Of a stretch of DNA of 64,000 bases, positions 24,311 to 37,910 are shown piece after piece. Every line of letters starts with the position of its first letter. Position 1 is the stretch's first letter. The stretch is from Octopus sinensis (Eukaryota), in the NCBI RefSeq assembly GCF_006345805.1, contig NC_043000.1, positions 32,116,001 to 32,180,000 of the forward strand, read 5' to 3'. A program made the translations under genes and the position numbers. Below the pieces are notes generated by a model, which had not been told where the DNA came from, searched no databases, and worked only from the letters and a program-made list of their open reading frames with translations.

Positions 24311-24700
24311 TGCTTGCGAAGACCTGTTGAGGCAAGTGAAATCGAAATCAATCAAAAATCAATGGAAATTGTAGTTGTGATACCAGTGCCAGTGGCACGT
24401 AAAGGAACCATCCAAACATGGCCATTGCCGGCGTCGCCTCGACTGGCCTTTGTGCCAGTGGCATGTAAAAAGCACCAACCGATCATGGCCGTTGCCAGCC
24501 TCGCCTGGCACCTGTGCCGGTAGCATGTAAAAAGCACCCACTACACACACGGAGTGGTTGGTGTTAGAAAAGGCATCCAGCTGTAGAAACACTGCCAGAT
24601 CAGACTGGAGCCTGGTGCAGCCTCCTGGCTTCCCAGACCCCAGTTGAACTGTCCAACTCATGCTAGCATGGAAAGCCGATGATGATGATGATGATGATGA
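24311..24700 (+). mobile_element. RTE 3' UTR copy with (GAT)n tail
   Basis: Matches the tail of 58550-61451. Confidence 0.9.
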
Positions 24701-24899
24701 AAACATGGAGGCTGCCCAAATAACTTTTGGAAATTAAAAAAATAGGCAATAGGCACAGCTGGATGGTTAAGAAAGTTGCTTTCTAATCACAGAGGTTATG
24801 GGTTCAATCCGTCTGTGCAGCCTCTTGGCCAAATTGCCTTCTACTATAATCCTGATTTGATAAATGAAAATTGCAGGAAGCTTGTTGCATGTGTACACA

Positions 24900-25170
24900 T
24901 CATCATCATCATCATTTAATGTCCATTTTCTATTTTAGCATGGTTTAGATAGTTTGACTAGAGCTGGAAACTACACCAAGCTCCAGTCTGTTTTGGCTTG
25001 GTTTCTATGGCTAGATACCCATTCTTAATGCTAACCGCTATACAGTGTAGACAGGGTGCCTCTTACATATCACTGGCAGAGGTGCCTTGTCACCAGCACT
25101 GGCCATGGGGACAATTTCACTTAGCATGTCTTCTCAAGCACAGCAAATCACCAGAAGTCTTCATCACTTG
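24900..25170 (-). mobile_element. Diverged RTE 3' UTR copy
   Basis: (CAT)n plus ctccagtctg...ggatgccc-like blocks. Confidence 0.75.
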
Positions 25171-25268
25171 TCATCACCTCCTACACATATATAAGTATAT
25201 ATGCATTTACACACACAACACACACATATATATGTATATATATATGTGTGTGTGTGTATATATATATA

Positions 25269-25598
<330 letters not shown>

Positions 25599-26881
25599 AT
25601 ATATATGTATATATGTGTGGGGGGTGTAAATATGTATGTGTGTGTGTGTGCATGAATATCGATATTCTACACCTGACAATGCTTGAGCAAAGCAAAGACA
25701 ATGATGATGATGATGACATTCTTTGACGACACTATGACCAGTCACTCTGAGCTTTTGAATACCTGTGGAACATAAAATAAGAAAGAAAAGCCTGGCTGGT
25801 GTAACAAGTAAAAATTGGTGACAGGAAGAGCACCCGTATTTGTGAAACAATTAAGGCTTGCCTCATGTAGTTCTATCAACTCCCCTAAGATATTACTGCT
25901 AGTTTGCTGTACTGTGCAGCAGTCCAACATCATAATGAAGAAAGAAATGAACCTTAAGTGAAAAAAAATGTGGAAGGGTGGGTAGAATGAATTATCCTGA
26001 CCCCACCCCTCACAGAAATTAAACATGTTTAGTAAGATGAATACATTGAGTTAAGAATGAATTCATGGTTCAATTTCAGGCTGAATCAGCTACCCTGTTA
26101 TCTGACTTCATTAATTTTAATCAATTCAATCAGAAATATTTTTTTCCCTGGAAATTCCAACAACTCTTATGGTACATATCACTCAAGACCTGCATGTGAG
26201 CATGTGCAACGTTCTGCAACCAGAATGCAAACCTAAATTTAATTGCAAGCAAACACTGAATACATTTGTTAAGAACAGGTCCATGGTGTGTAAACTCAGG
26301 GCAATAGATGCACACATTTAGTGCACTGCTAACTGTTTGTGGCTATTCAAGTTTAGAAATAATATGCAAATTTTATTGACCTTTGAGATATACGCCATAA
26401 TTATCAGGATATTTTCAGATTCATATGCACTCAGAATGCAAAGCATCTGCATTTCTTTGTCACTGGGGAAATTCTAAACACAGAAACGGTTTGGAGCACG
26501 TAAAGCGCAACAAAAGGAAACGAGAGTTATGAATAATTGACTGAGTTGACTAGTTATGTCAGTAATATTTCATACATCAATGAAATAAGATTCTCATTAA
26601 ATAGGTCACTGGTTCATCAACCACACAATTACCTCTCTTCTCTGCAACAATAAATGATGAGAGTAGTTATCATTGACAAGGTGTTAATCTAATGAAAAGG
26701 TAACAATTTTTCAGCAAGTAATCATCTCTCGTCAACTGAAAGGCCACGTACAATGAATGAAGAGAGGATTATTTCCGACACACTATAACAGATGACCGAA
26801 GGTCAAGTGAAAACTGAACTGTGATGCATGCTTACATGCAACAAACTTGCACATAGCATTTAGCATTTAAAGAAATGTTAC

Positions 26882-26973
26882 CTGTTTGTTAAGTTTCGGT
26901 AGTTGCAACAAATCAAGAATTAACTTGGTTCCTTCATGATGGTTTTGCTCACCAATCGCAAGCACAAACAGAC
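26882..26973 (-). CDS. SNX14: Sorting nexin-14, penultimate coding exon, LFVLAIGEQNHHEGTKLILDLLQLPKLNKQ
   Basis: Acceptor ttttattccctttcag, donor CAG|gtaaca; 92 nt = 2+90; resembles SNX14 [30 protein letters not shown]. The LNKQ ending fits SNX14 better than SNX13 or SNX25. Confidence 0.92.
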
Positions 26974-27242
26974 CTGAAAGGGAATAAAACATTTTAATCA
27001 TTCAACCGAGCAACCATCAGAACATAGTTTGGAAAAACAAAAACAAACAAAGCAAGCTGGCAGAATTGTTAAAATGCCAGGCAAGAACATTTTTTATGTT
27101 TTTTATGTTCTGAGTTCAAATTCTGGTAAGGTCACTTTTGTCTTTCTTCCTTTCAGGGTTGACGAAATAAGAGCCAGTTGTGCACTGGAAGCAACTTACC
27201 ACTCCCCCAAAAACAATTTCAGGCATTGTGAATATAGTAGAA

Positions 27243-27273
<31 letters not shown>

Positions 27274-27386
27274 TGCGTGCGTGCGTGTCTTTGTCTGTAA
27301 TGCTTACTTTAATGGAAACTTCAAATAATTTTACATTAAACTGAATAATTACACAATACCTTCTTTAGAGTAAATATTTCTTACAC

Positions 27387-27471
27387 TTTTACAAGAAGGA
27401 TGGTGATAGCGACTCTGGTTAGTCTTGCAGGCTAAAACTTCTAAGTTTCTGTCACCATCCTTCTTGTAAAA
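27387..27471. repeat. 85-bp hairpin with a 23-bp stem (MITE-like)
   Basis: ttttacaagaaggatggtgatag pairs with ctgtcaccatccttcttgtaaaa (one G-T). Confidence 0.85.
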
Positions 27472-27499
27472 ATATAATGTGTGTGTGTGTGTGTGTGGG

Positions 27500-27990
27500 T
27501 GTGTTACCCAATGACTAGTGCAGCAGAGTTATAGTCAACTGTTATTAGAGTAAAGGAGATGCCTCAGATTGAAATAATTACAGAGGTATCAAATTGCTGA
27601 ACCAGGTTATAAAAGTTAGAGAAAGAGTTAATTCTCAATTAATTATCATCTGGTGATCACTGTTGAAGCTAGGAATTATCATCTGGAATAGATAAATGGC
27701 TCGTGGGAGTTATACAAACTATGTACAGGGGTGCTGTCAGTAGGGTGGGAATTAGCAGTGAATACAGCAATGAATTTTGTGTACAGGCAGTTCATCAGGG
27801 TTTGGTTCTCAGTCCCCTCCTATTTATCAAATTGCTGAACCAGGTTATAAAAGTTAGAGAAAGAGTTAATTCTCAATTAATTAGAAAGAGAATTAGCTGA
27901 GGTTGCACTGTATTGGCAGTCATTGACCTGAAGAAAGTCTTTGACAGAGTCCCTCACTTTCTCATCTGGTGGTCACTGTGGAAGCTAAGA
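27500..27990 (+). mobile_element. Scrambled RTE RT fragments
   Basis: KLLNQVIKVRERV, VHQGLVLSPLLFI and DLKKVFDRVP out of their normal order; a 59-bp exact repeat at 27587-27645 and 27825-27883. Confidence 0.7.
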
Positions 27991-28942
27991 AATTGAAACA
28001 CAATCTTACAACCGAGAGTGCAACATCTTCCAGCCACTGGCTACACATCTTCATGCTATTTTCACTTGGTACACTTCCTAGTCTGTCTCAGTTTCATGTT
28101 GTACCTGGACTTCACATCTCTTCCTTTCTCAGGCAAGCCATGTATTCATCTCTTTAGCAAGACCCTCAATCCTCTATTCTTCCAGTCTATACCCTGCCCA
28201 GTCGAGGGATTTTATCTTGCAGATGCTCGGCAATCTCACCAGAGTTGGTGCCATGTAAAAAGCACCCAAAACACTCTTAAGGGCATCCAGCTGTAGAAAG
28301 CCTGCCAAAGCAGGCACTGAACCTGGGCCAGTGAACATACGAGGAGGTACCCAAAAGAAACTGGAATTTTGCAATATTATTTCATTCACTTAGTTTTACC
28401 TTTTTTTAATACTTTTATTGCCTCCAAAGTATTCTCCATTTGAAGGAATGCATCAGTCCAACCCACGCCAGCATGGAGAAAGGGACATTAAATGATGATG
28501 AGGATGATGCTTAATGTTTATAATAAAAGCAGTTTTACATTAAAATGAAGGAGTACTCAATACATTTGGGAGAGTATAGTACTAACAGTGACTTTGAAGT
28601 TTCAACCAGCTAAGCCATCATCAAATTATATACATGGAGTAATTCAGATGTAAATTGTCCTTAGTTTGACCTGTGGTACTCATGTACCACAGGTCAGTGA
28701 AACAGTACCCGTCACAACACCATCCCATGCTGCCTTCCTTTCCACAAACTTGACTTCAAGAAATTTCCGATTTTTAGAAAAGTTTCCAAAGATCATGGAA
28801 ATTCATATTCCATTAAACTCTTTCATTTGCGTGAAGAAGGTATTTTAGGAATTAATGAATTAGGTTCCATTGAAAGGAGATTAATGGGTTGCATGAAATA
28901 TTAGCTGTGAACCATTTAGATATGTACAAATGCATATATATA

Positions 28943-28996
<54 letters not shown>

Positions 28997-30617
28997 AATA
29001 TGTATATATATATATATATATAAAATGGAGAGGGAGATTTTTGATTCTAGAAGACAGTATGTATGAAGCATTATCTTATATATAATTAATAAAAATGAAT
29101 ATATTGAGAAACCATGGTGTTTATTAAGTTTTCAATTGAAGCTGGCAGCTTAAAGGATTATCCACACACACACACACCACACACACACACACACAGGTAT
29201 ATGCATGTGCAGCTGTAAAACGATGACAGAACTGTGTGTTTACACAGAAGCAGGAAGAGTAGATGCATATTGTAATCTATTTAAACACACTGATAGTCAG
29301 ACAGATAACGATTTTTATGGAGATCATGAAGATTTAACTAATGAAGATAAATGGAATTTAAAGAAGAATCTTTTAAAAACAGACTGGGAAATTATGTTTG
29401 GCTTGTTTTTGTTTTGAATTTTATCTTTTCCCATTAGTTCGATTTTCAGTTTTACCTTGGTACTTTAGAAAATTTCCCAAGAGAAACCGCGGTTTTTAGT
29501 GACAGGAATGAATTCTTTATTGAATTTCAGAAGTTATTGAATTGATTGAATGTGTAAGAATTTAATTCCTCTATCCCAAAGGCTTAAATCTTATTAAACA
29601 GCACTTCACTTACTTATACCTAATTTATCATCATCAGGTTTGTGAATGAGCCAGTGGCCAGGTGAGGGAGACAACGAGAGTTGGACAATCATGCAGAAAG
29701 ATACAATAAGAATAAAGTCTCAAAGTGGCTTCTTAATAACTGTTGGAAAAAAATACTTTAACAGAAACTCTCCAAACCTTTACCCAATCAGCCGCCACCT
29801 CACCAAATATTCGTGAAAATCTTCAATTTATTTCCAGTAATTCCCTGGATAACCTTCATTGATAAATCATAGATGGCAGAAGAGATAAGGATGGGAGATG
29901 AGGAAAATGGAAGAGGAGTTGTGTTGCAGCCACAGTCTGTCTAATATAAGGCTTAGCCGTGCTAACCTTACTGGCCATGTTGACTGCAATGGCCATGCTC
30001 ATTACACAGGCTGTGCTAGTCACACAAAGCTTGCTGACCAGGCCAGCTGGCTGGTTTTCTTTCCTTCTCTTACAGCAAAATTTCAATAAGACATGTGTCT
30101 GTTATTTTTATTGGAATTTATTCAATGTCAATTATGTCATAGAACTAAAGGGGAAAACAGGCAAAGAAGATGAAGTGAGAAGATTCTGGATGAAACAGAG
30201 CAGGAAATCAGTGATTAGGCAATGGCAACGAAAACAAAACTCACACACACAAGGAGTATATTTAATATGAAGATGATGGAATTATTGAGTGATCATTGGA
30301 TTAACAAAGCATTACAAATGATAACTAATTAGGTGTGACCCACCTGGGACAGTTTTGAAGAGTTTTAAAGAGTGGCCATGGATGGCTAGGAGTGGTAGGG
30401 GTGAGTACAGGGTACAGGAAATATAAATGAATTTGATAAAAGTGCACTGAACAACAATTTATCTGACACAAGGACAGCAAAAAACACAAACATTACAATA
30501 CAATCATTTTACGAAACCAACCAGTCACCAAGGGTGCTGCTATGTTACAGCTGACCTGCTAGACATAACAGCCAAATCTCCATAAAATCACACCCTACAG
30601 TATAATTCTCTATATAT

Positions 30618-30848
30618 ATTTCTTTACTACTCACAAGGGGCTAAACATAGAGGGGACAAACAAGGACAAACAAAGGGATTAAGTCGATTACATTGATCTC
30701 AGTGCGAAACTGGTACTTAATTTATCGACCCTGAAAGGATGAAAGGCAAAGTCAACCTCAGCGGAATTTGAACTCAGAACGTAATGACAGACGAAATACC
30801 GCTAAGCATTTCGTCCAGTGTGCTAACGTTTCTGCCAGCTCACCGCCC
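30618..30848 (-). mobile_element. Family-B SINE
   Basis: Reverse complement of the family-B consensus. Confidence 0.9.
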
Positions 30849-30981
30849 TAATGTATTCTATATATATGTATATATATATATATATATACATAAAACAATT
30901 GGGGTCATGGCTGGAATGCCTTTGATCATAGGTCTGTTCAATGAAGTTGGACCTGGGGCTAAACAAAACCCAGTGAACATA

Positions 30982-32266
30982 CAAGGAGGTACCCAAAAGA
31001 AACTGGAATTTTGCAATATTATTTCATTCACTTAGTTTTACCTTTTTTATACTTTTATTGCCTTCAAAGTATTCTCCATTTGAAGGAATGCATCAGTCCA
31101 GATGCGTTTTCCACTGTTGAAAGCAATCCTGGAAATCTGGCAAAGTGATGCCTTTTAAGGCTTCTCTCATTTTTCTTCTACATCTGTAAAACTTTTTCCT
31201 TTAGGGACTTTTTTTCATTCGGAGGAATAAAATTATCACAGGGAGCAAGATGTATAAGTGGGGTCATTTCCTTTTTTAGTCAAAAACTGTCTCACACTCA
31301 TCAGGGTGGTATGTGCAGGCGCACTGTTGTAATGAAACCACCATTCTCCACTTGGTCACAGGTCGGGGCATTTTCATTTCACTGCATTTCACAAATAATT
31401 CAGAACTGCCAAGTAAAATGTCTGGCTAACAGTTTGACCAGGAGGAACAAATTCTGTGAGGACAATTCCTTTCACATCAATGGAACAAATCAGCATCATC
31501 TTGATATTGGACTTCACCTGGCACTCTTTTTGGCGGGTGTGATGACATCAAATGCTTCTGTTGTCTTGATTACTGCTTCATTTCCAGGTAGTAGCCAGAG
31601 CACCAGCTTTTGTTACCGGTGATGACCTTTGAATAAAGATCTGGATCAACTTCCAACTGCTCTTTCAGTTCATGACATGCATTCAGTCATGGTTGCTTTG
31701 ATATTCTATGAGCAGGCAAGGGACAAGTTTTGCTGCAACTCTTTTTCATTTGCAATTCCTTGATCAAAATTCATTGGCAGGAGCTCCAGGACACACCAGT
31801 CATATCAACAGGTTCATCAGCTGTTTGGTCCTCCAAGATCAGTTCTTGAATTTTTGTGCTGTTTTCATTCATTTGGGAGGTCAACAAGGTTGGTCTTCAA
31901 GCAACAAGTGACCATTCCAAAATTGTGGAAACCCCTCATAAACTTGTGTTTTGCTCATAGCAGTGTCCTTGTAAACTGTTTGAAGCATGACAACTGTTTC
32001 AGCTGCCATTTTCCCCAGCGGGAAACAGAATTTCACAGAAGCACACTGTTCCTTCATGTCAGCCATCACAAAAAAATCAATGAACAGGGGAGAAACATTG
32101 CAAAACAAAGACACACCACGTGTGGCAGTATGACCCCACACAATGATGCCAGTCAGCAAACTGATGCCTGAGGGTCGCATCAACTGGCTTCTAGCAGCAG
32201 AAGCCTGAACTGCAACAGGCTTGTCCCACAGAAAACATTTCCAGTTATTTTGGGGTACCACCTCAC
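30982..32266 (-). mobile_element. Mariner DNA transposon (~1.3 kb) with a decayed transposase (ATG at 32066)
   Basis: Imperfect TIRs gaggtacccaaaagaaactggaa / ttccagttattttggggtaccacctc, TA at the left end; MADMKEQCASVKFCFPLGKMAAETVVMLQTVYKD and C-terminal EYFEG. Confidence 0.88.
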
Positions 32267-32464
32267 AGGTACCCAAATATATATATATATATATGTATAT
32301 ATATCCTCATCCACATTTAATGTGCTGAAGGATAACCCTCACAACTCTGAGCCTTTCAGAAGAGATGACAATAGACCAAGATATCTGGTACCCTGCTGTA
32401 CTCAAGAAGGCCCACCCTCCACAGGAGAAATGTTACAGCCACTCCCCCTGATGAAGAGTATTGG

Positions 32465-33230
32465 CCTGCAAGACCCCTGTGCTGGTGCCACATAAAAAGC
32501 ACTTGTGTATCAGTGCCACGTAAGAGCACTCATGCCAGTGTCACATTAAAAACACCTAATACAGTTTATAAAGTGGTTGGCTTTAGGAAGGGCACCCAGC
32601 TGTAGAAACGAGGCCAAATCAGATTGGAACCCAATGCAGCTCTCCAACTTGCCAGCTCTGGTAAAACCATCCAACCCATGATAGCATGGAAAACAGATGT
32701 TAACGGTGATGATGATGTTGTTCCTTGTTGGCATAGGTTGGATGGTTTGACAAGGATCCAATGAGCTGAGCACTGCATTGTACTCCAATACCTGTTGTGG
32801 CATGGTTTCTATGGCTGGATGCCCTTCCTAATGCCAACCACTTTCCAGTACATCATCATCATCATCATCGTTTAACGTCCGTTTTACATGCTAGCATGGG
32901 TTGGACGGTTTGACCGGGGTCTGGGAAGCCAGGAGGCAGCACCATGCTCCAGTCTGATCTGGCAGTGTTTCTACAGCTGGATGCCCTTCCTAACACCAAC
33001 CACTCTGTGAGTGTAGTGGGTGTTTTTTATATGCCACCGGCACAGGAGCCAGGGGAGGCTGGCAATGGCCACAATCAGTTGGTGCTTTTTACATGCCACC
33101 GATACGGACGCCAGTCAGGCGACGCTGGCATCTGCCACATTCAGACGGTGTTTTTTACATGTCACCAGCACAGGTATCTTAACTTCAATTTCCATTTGCA
33201 GCACCAGTGAGGTCACCAAGAAACAAAGGA
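32465..33230. mobile_element. Cluster of three RTE tails (+, -, -)
   Basis: 32465-32715 plus; 32715-32850 and 32853-33230 minus. Confidence 0.8.
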
Positions 33231-33585
33231 AAGGAAGATGGGGGGGCCATTTGACTGAGTAGGAGTGCATTTGAGAGATGGCAAGGGGGTGGCTTTATAC
33301 CAGGTATTGAGGGCCTTAAGTATGATCGAGGGACAAGCATAAGTGTCTTGATACAAAGGAGATACATGGATACCCCACACTGTGTGATGGTGGATGGGAG
33401 TAGCTGCAATGGAGATAAAGATGGTGGCTGTCTATATTCTCCCTTTTACTCATCTTCAATGGACAAGAAGCTGAGTAGAAAGGATAATACCAACAGAGGA
33501 TACAAACAGAAGGAACTTGAGGCTGGAAGAAATGCTAGTGAGCATTTTGTCCAACATGCTAAGGATAGTGCCAGCTTGCTGTCTT

Positions 33586-33635
<50 letters not shown>

Positions 33636-33638
<3 letters not shown>

Positions 33639-33946
33639 TACAAAGACCTGGAAATAGAGGTAACTCGAATGTGGAGTCTGAAAACAGAAACAATTCCTAT
33701 CAGAGTAGGCGCAATAGGTATGATAAAAAAATATTCAGACAAATACATAACAAAATCACCAGGACTTACAAATATATATAACATACAGAAAATTGCAACA
33801 TTTGGCACTGCACACATTCTAAGCAAAACACTTTCAATACAGTAACCGTAAGAGCATCACAACAAATCACAGTACATACCAAAGGCACACAGAGCTGCGC
33901 ACTCAGTAGTGAAGTGAAAGCGCACTATAAAAGTAAAACTACTGAG
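33636..33946 (+). mobile_element. 5'-truncated R4/Dong-like 3' end in (TAA)n
   Basis: KYKDLEIEVTRMWSLKTETIPIRVGAIGMIKK...IQKIATFGTAHILSKTLSIQ*, flanked by TAA arrays. Confidence 0.85.
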
Positions 33947-33978
33947 TAATAATAATAATAATAATAATGATGATGATA

Positions 33979-34182
33979 AAATACAAAGACCTGGAAATAG
34001 AGGTAACTTGAATGTGGAGTCTAAAAACAGAAATAATTCCTATCATAGTAGGCGCATTAGGTATGATAGAAAAAATATTCAGACAAATACATAACAAAAT
34101 CACCAGGACTAACAAATATATATAACATACAGAAAATTGCACTACTGGGTACTGCACACATCCTACAAATAAGACTACTGAA
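33979..34182 (+). mobile_element. Second tandem R4/Dong-like 3' fragment with a deleted 3' UTR
   Basis: Starts at the same aaatacaaagacctggaaatagagg position as the first copy. Confidence 0.85.
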
Positions 34183-35189
34183 TAATAATAATAATGATAA
34201 TAATAATAATAATGATGATGATGATGATGATGATGATAGATTCTTTAATTTACCACCAGGGCAATGTATAAGGGGGATAATGTGTGTGAAAGTTGACATA
34301 GAAAAGAATGATCTAAACAAGACAAATATCTAAATGGTTCACAGAATAAGCAAATATATAAATAATAATTTTTCCTAATCTTACTACAAGTTTAACAAGC
34401 TTGGAGAGAGGGGTGTAAGTCAATTACATTGACCCCAGTGCTTCACCAGCACTTTTTATTTCATTGACCCTCAAAGGATAAAAGGCAAAGTTGACCTTGA
34501 AATCAGAATTTAAATTGTTGAAAGAAATGCCACTAAGCACCTTGACCCGTCCAGTAATGAATCTTCCCACCACTTTTGATGATGATGATAGTGATGATGA
34601 TAATAATGATGATGATGATGGCAACAATGATGATGATGGCGACGATAATGATGATGATAATGATGATGATATAGGTTTGTTGTTGATAATGATTTTCCAG
34701 AGGATGTAAAGAGAGTGATGAGAGGAGGAATTTGTAGCAAGAAAATGTTAAAAGTGAGGCTGCACGATGTAAAGGCTAACATAAGAAGGGACACATGCAC
34801 ATTGTAGCCTGGGAGAAGGGGACACAGATTGGAGGGCTGGAGGAAAGGGGTGCTGCACACTGCACAACAGGCCCAGACTGTAGAATATCCTAGCACTGGC
34901 TCAAAGCTACTAGGCCCATGGCCTTCACTGGCCCTCTGACACAGCTGGAGTTTGAACCCCTAACATAAAGGCAGAAATCCTTTTATCTTAAGAATTCTGT
35001 CTGGTATTATAACCCTAACCCCACTGACACACACACAGAAAATGAGTGGAATATTTGGGGAAAACAATGTAATTACACAGAGATAAAGAAGTGAAACAAT
35101 GATTAAATAGAAAATTAGATTAAAGAAGATAGAGACGATCACTCGATATTCTTTGGTGAAACAACAACAACAAATGAAGTTAACTCTTC

Positions 35190-35398
35190 ATACATACACA
35201 TACATATATACATACATACATATATATATACATACATACATATATATATATACATACATACATATATATATATACATACATACATATATATACATACATA
35301 CATATATATATATACATACATACATATATATATATACATACATACATATATATATATATATACATACATAATATATATATATACATACATATATATAT

Positions 35399-35431
<33 letters not shown>

Positions 35432-35689
35432 CATACATACATACATATATATATACATACATACATATATATATACATACATACATATATATATACATAC
35501 ATACATATATATATACATACATACATATATATATACATACATATATATATATATACATACATATATATATAATACATACATATATAATATATATATATAC
35601 ATACATACATACATATATACATAATATATATATATACATACATATATATATATACATACATACATATATATACATACATACATATATAT

Positions 35690-35730
<41 letters not shown>

Positions 35731-36007
35731 CATACATATATATATATATACACATACATACATACATACATATATATATACTACATACATATATATACAT
35801 ACATACATATATATATATATATACACATACATACATATATATATATACATACATACATACATACAAATATATACATACACATACATATATATACATACAT
35901 ACATACATACATACCATACATACATACATACATACATACAATATATATATATATATATACAACATACATACATACATATATATACATACATACATACATA
36001 TATATAC

Positions 36008-36038
<31 letters not shown>

Positions 36039-36040
36039 CA

Positions 36041-36074
<34 letters not shown>

Positions 36075-36093
36075 CATACATACATATATATAT

Positions 36094-36126
<33 letters not shown>

Positions 36127-36289
36127 TACATACATACATTATATATATACATACATACAATATATATACATACATACATACATATATATATACATACATA
36201 TATATATATACATACATACATACATATATACATCATATATATATACATACATACATACATATATATATACATACTATATATATACATAC

Positions 36290-36320
<31 letters not shown>

Positions 36321-36696
36321 CATACATATACATATATATATACATACATATTTACATACATATATATATACATACATATTTACATACATATATATATATA
36401 CATACATATATATATATACATACATACATACATACATATATATATATACATACATACATATTTACATACATATATATACATACATACATATATATATATA
36501 TACATACATACATATATATATATATATACATACATACATATATATAATACATACATACATATATATATACATACATACATATATATACATACATACATAT
36601 ATATATATACATACATACATACATATATATATATACATACATACATACATATACATACATACATACATATACATACACACATACATACATACAAAC

Positions 36697-36730
<34 letters not shown>
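35190..36730. repeat. ~1.5-kb compound (TACA)n(TA)n microsatellite
   Basis: Direct reading; source of the longest spurious ORFs. Confidence 0.97.
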
Positions 36731-36735
<5 letters not shown>

Positions 36736-36999
36736 GAGATGAAGGCTATTGATGAAGGCTATTGTTTTATCTCTAATGATATGTCCAATATCTGTGTGGT
36801 GGAAATAATCCTATTAGATGTGAGTGTCGCCAATGTCACAACTTTTCAGCTCTAAAAGCATTAGATTACTATCAGCAAACTGGAAAAGTAGTTTAGTTAA
36901 CCTCTATCAAGCTATCTCTCTCTCTATCTCTCCCTCTCTGTCTCTCTCTCTCTCTTATATGCATGTGTGTGTGTATGTGTATATATATATATATATATA

Positions 37000-37338
37000 G
37001 TGAAGGCACATAGCTCAGTGGTTAAGGGCGTCGAGCTTACGGTCGTGACGTTGTGAGCTCGAATCCCGGACCGGGCTGCATGTTGTGTTCTTGAGTAAGA
37101 CACTTTATTTCACATTACTCCAGTTCAGTCAGTTGTAGAAATGAGTTGCAACGTCACAAGTGCCAAGCTGTATCGGCCTTTGCCTTTCCCTTGGATAACA
37201 CTGGTGGCGTGGAGAGGGGAGGCCGGTATGCATGGGCGACTGCTGGTCTTCCATAAACAACCTTGCCCAGACTTGTACCTGGGAGGGTAACTTTCTAGGT
37301 GCAATCCTATGGTCTGTGTTGTGACCGAAGGGGGTCTC
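37000..37338 (+). mobile_element. Family-C SINE
   Basis: tagctcagtggttaagggcgtcgag...gagctcgaatccc; body as 790-1131. Confidence 0.9.
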
Positions 37339-37341
37339 AGA

Positions 37342-37375
<34 letters not shown>

Positions 37376-37439
37376 CACACATATATATATACATACACAC
37401 ACACACCCACACAGGGTGCAGTGACTAGATTGTTGTCTA

Positions 37440-37910
37440 AAATATGCAAAAATGAAAATAACACTGACATCTCATTTTAACAGATATATTTTACCAAAAT
37501 TGTTTATAAATATCTTGAAATACTAAAGAGTAAATTTATTCAATAAAATCGTCATTGGCTTCAATCACAGCCTCCAGATGACTTCAGAATCTCCTGAAAC
37601 TCTTCTGGACGCTCTCCTTGATTATGTTGGTAATAAGTTGGTAAGAATGCTACCATAATCCTTGCCTGCAGTGCATCTTTGGTGTTACAAGGAGCTTTGT
37701 TGGTCTCTTGCTCAACTGCACCCCACACATAATAATCAAGGGGGTTGCAGTCTGGGGAGTTAGGTAGCCAGATGCTAGGGGTGATGTGTTTGCAGAAATT
37801 GTCTGAAAGCCATGACTGGGTTCTACTGCTTCTGTAGCATAGTGTAAAGTCCTGTTACCGGACATAGAGTCATCCAGCAGCCACTCTCTTGACTCAGGGC
37901 AGCACTACCT
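37440..37910 (-). mobile_element. Tc1/mariner (maT/DD37D-like) transposase 3' fragment
   Basis: QQDFTLCYRSSRTQSWLSDNF...IWLPNSPDCNPLDYYVWGAVEQETNK. Confidence 0.8.

Noticed and set aside
29205-29417. 70-aa acidic plus-strand ORF
   Set aside because: No recognisable homology or splice context; antisense within the SNX14 intron.
35008-35022. Telomere-like aaccctaaccc
   Set aside because: Fewer than two full units; expected by chance.
35139-36734. Long ORFs (up to 345 aa) rich in Y/I/M/C/V, and similar ones at 7.5, 8.5-12, 25.2 and 43 kb
   Set aside because: Translations of TA/TACA/TG microsatellites, which lack stops in some frames.
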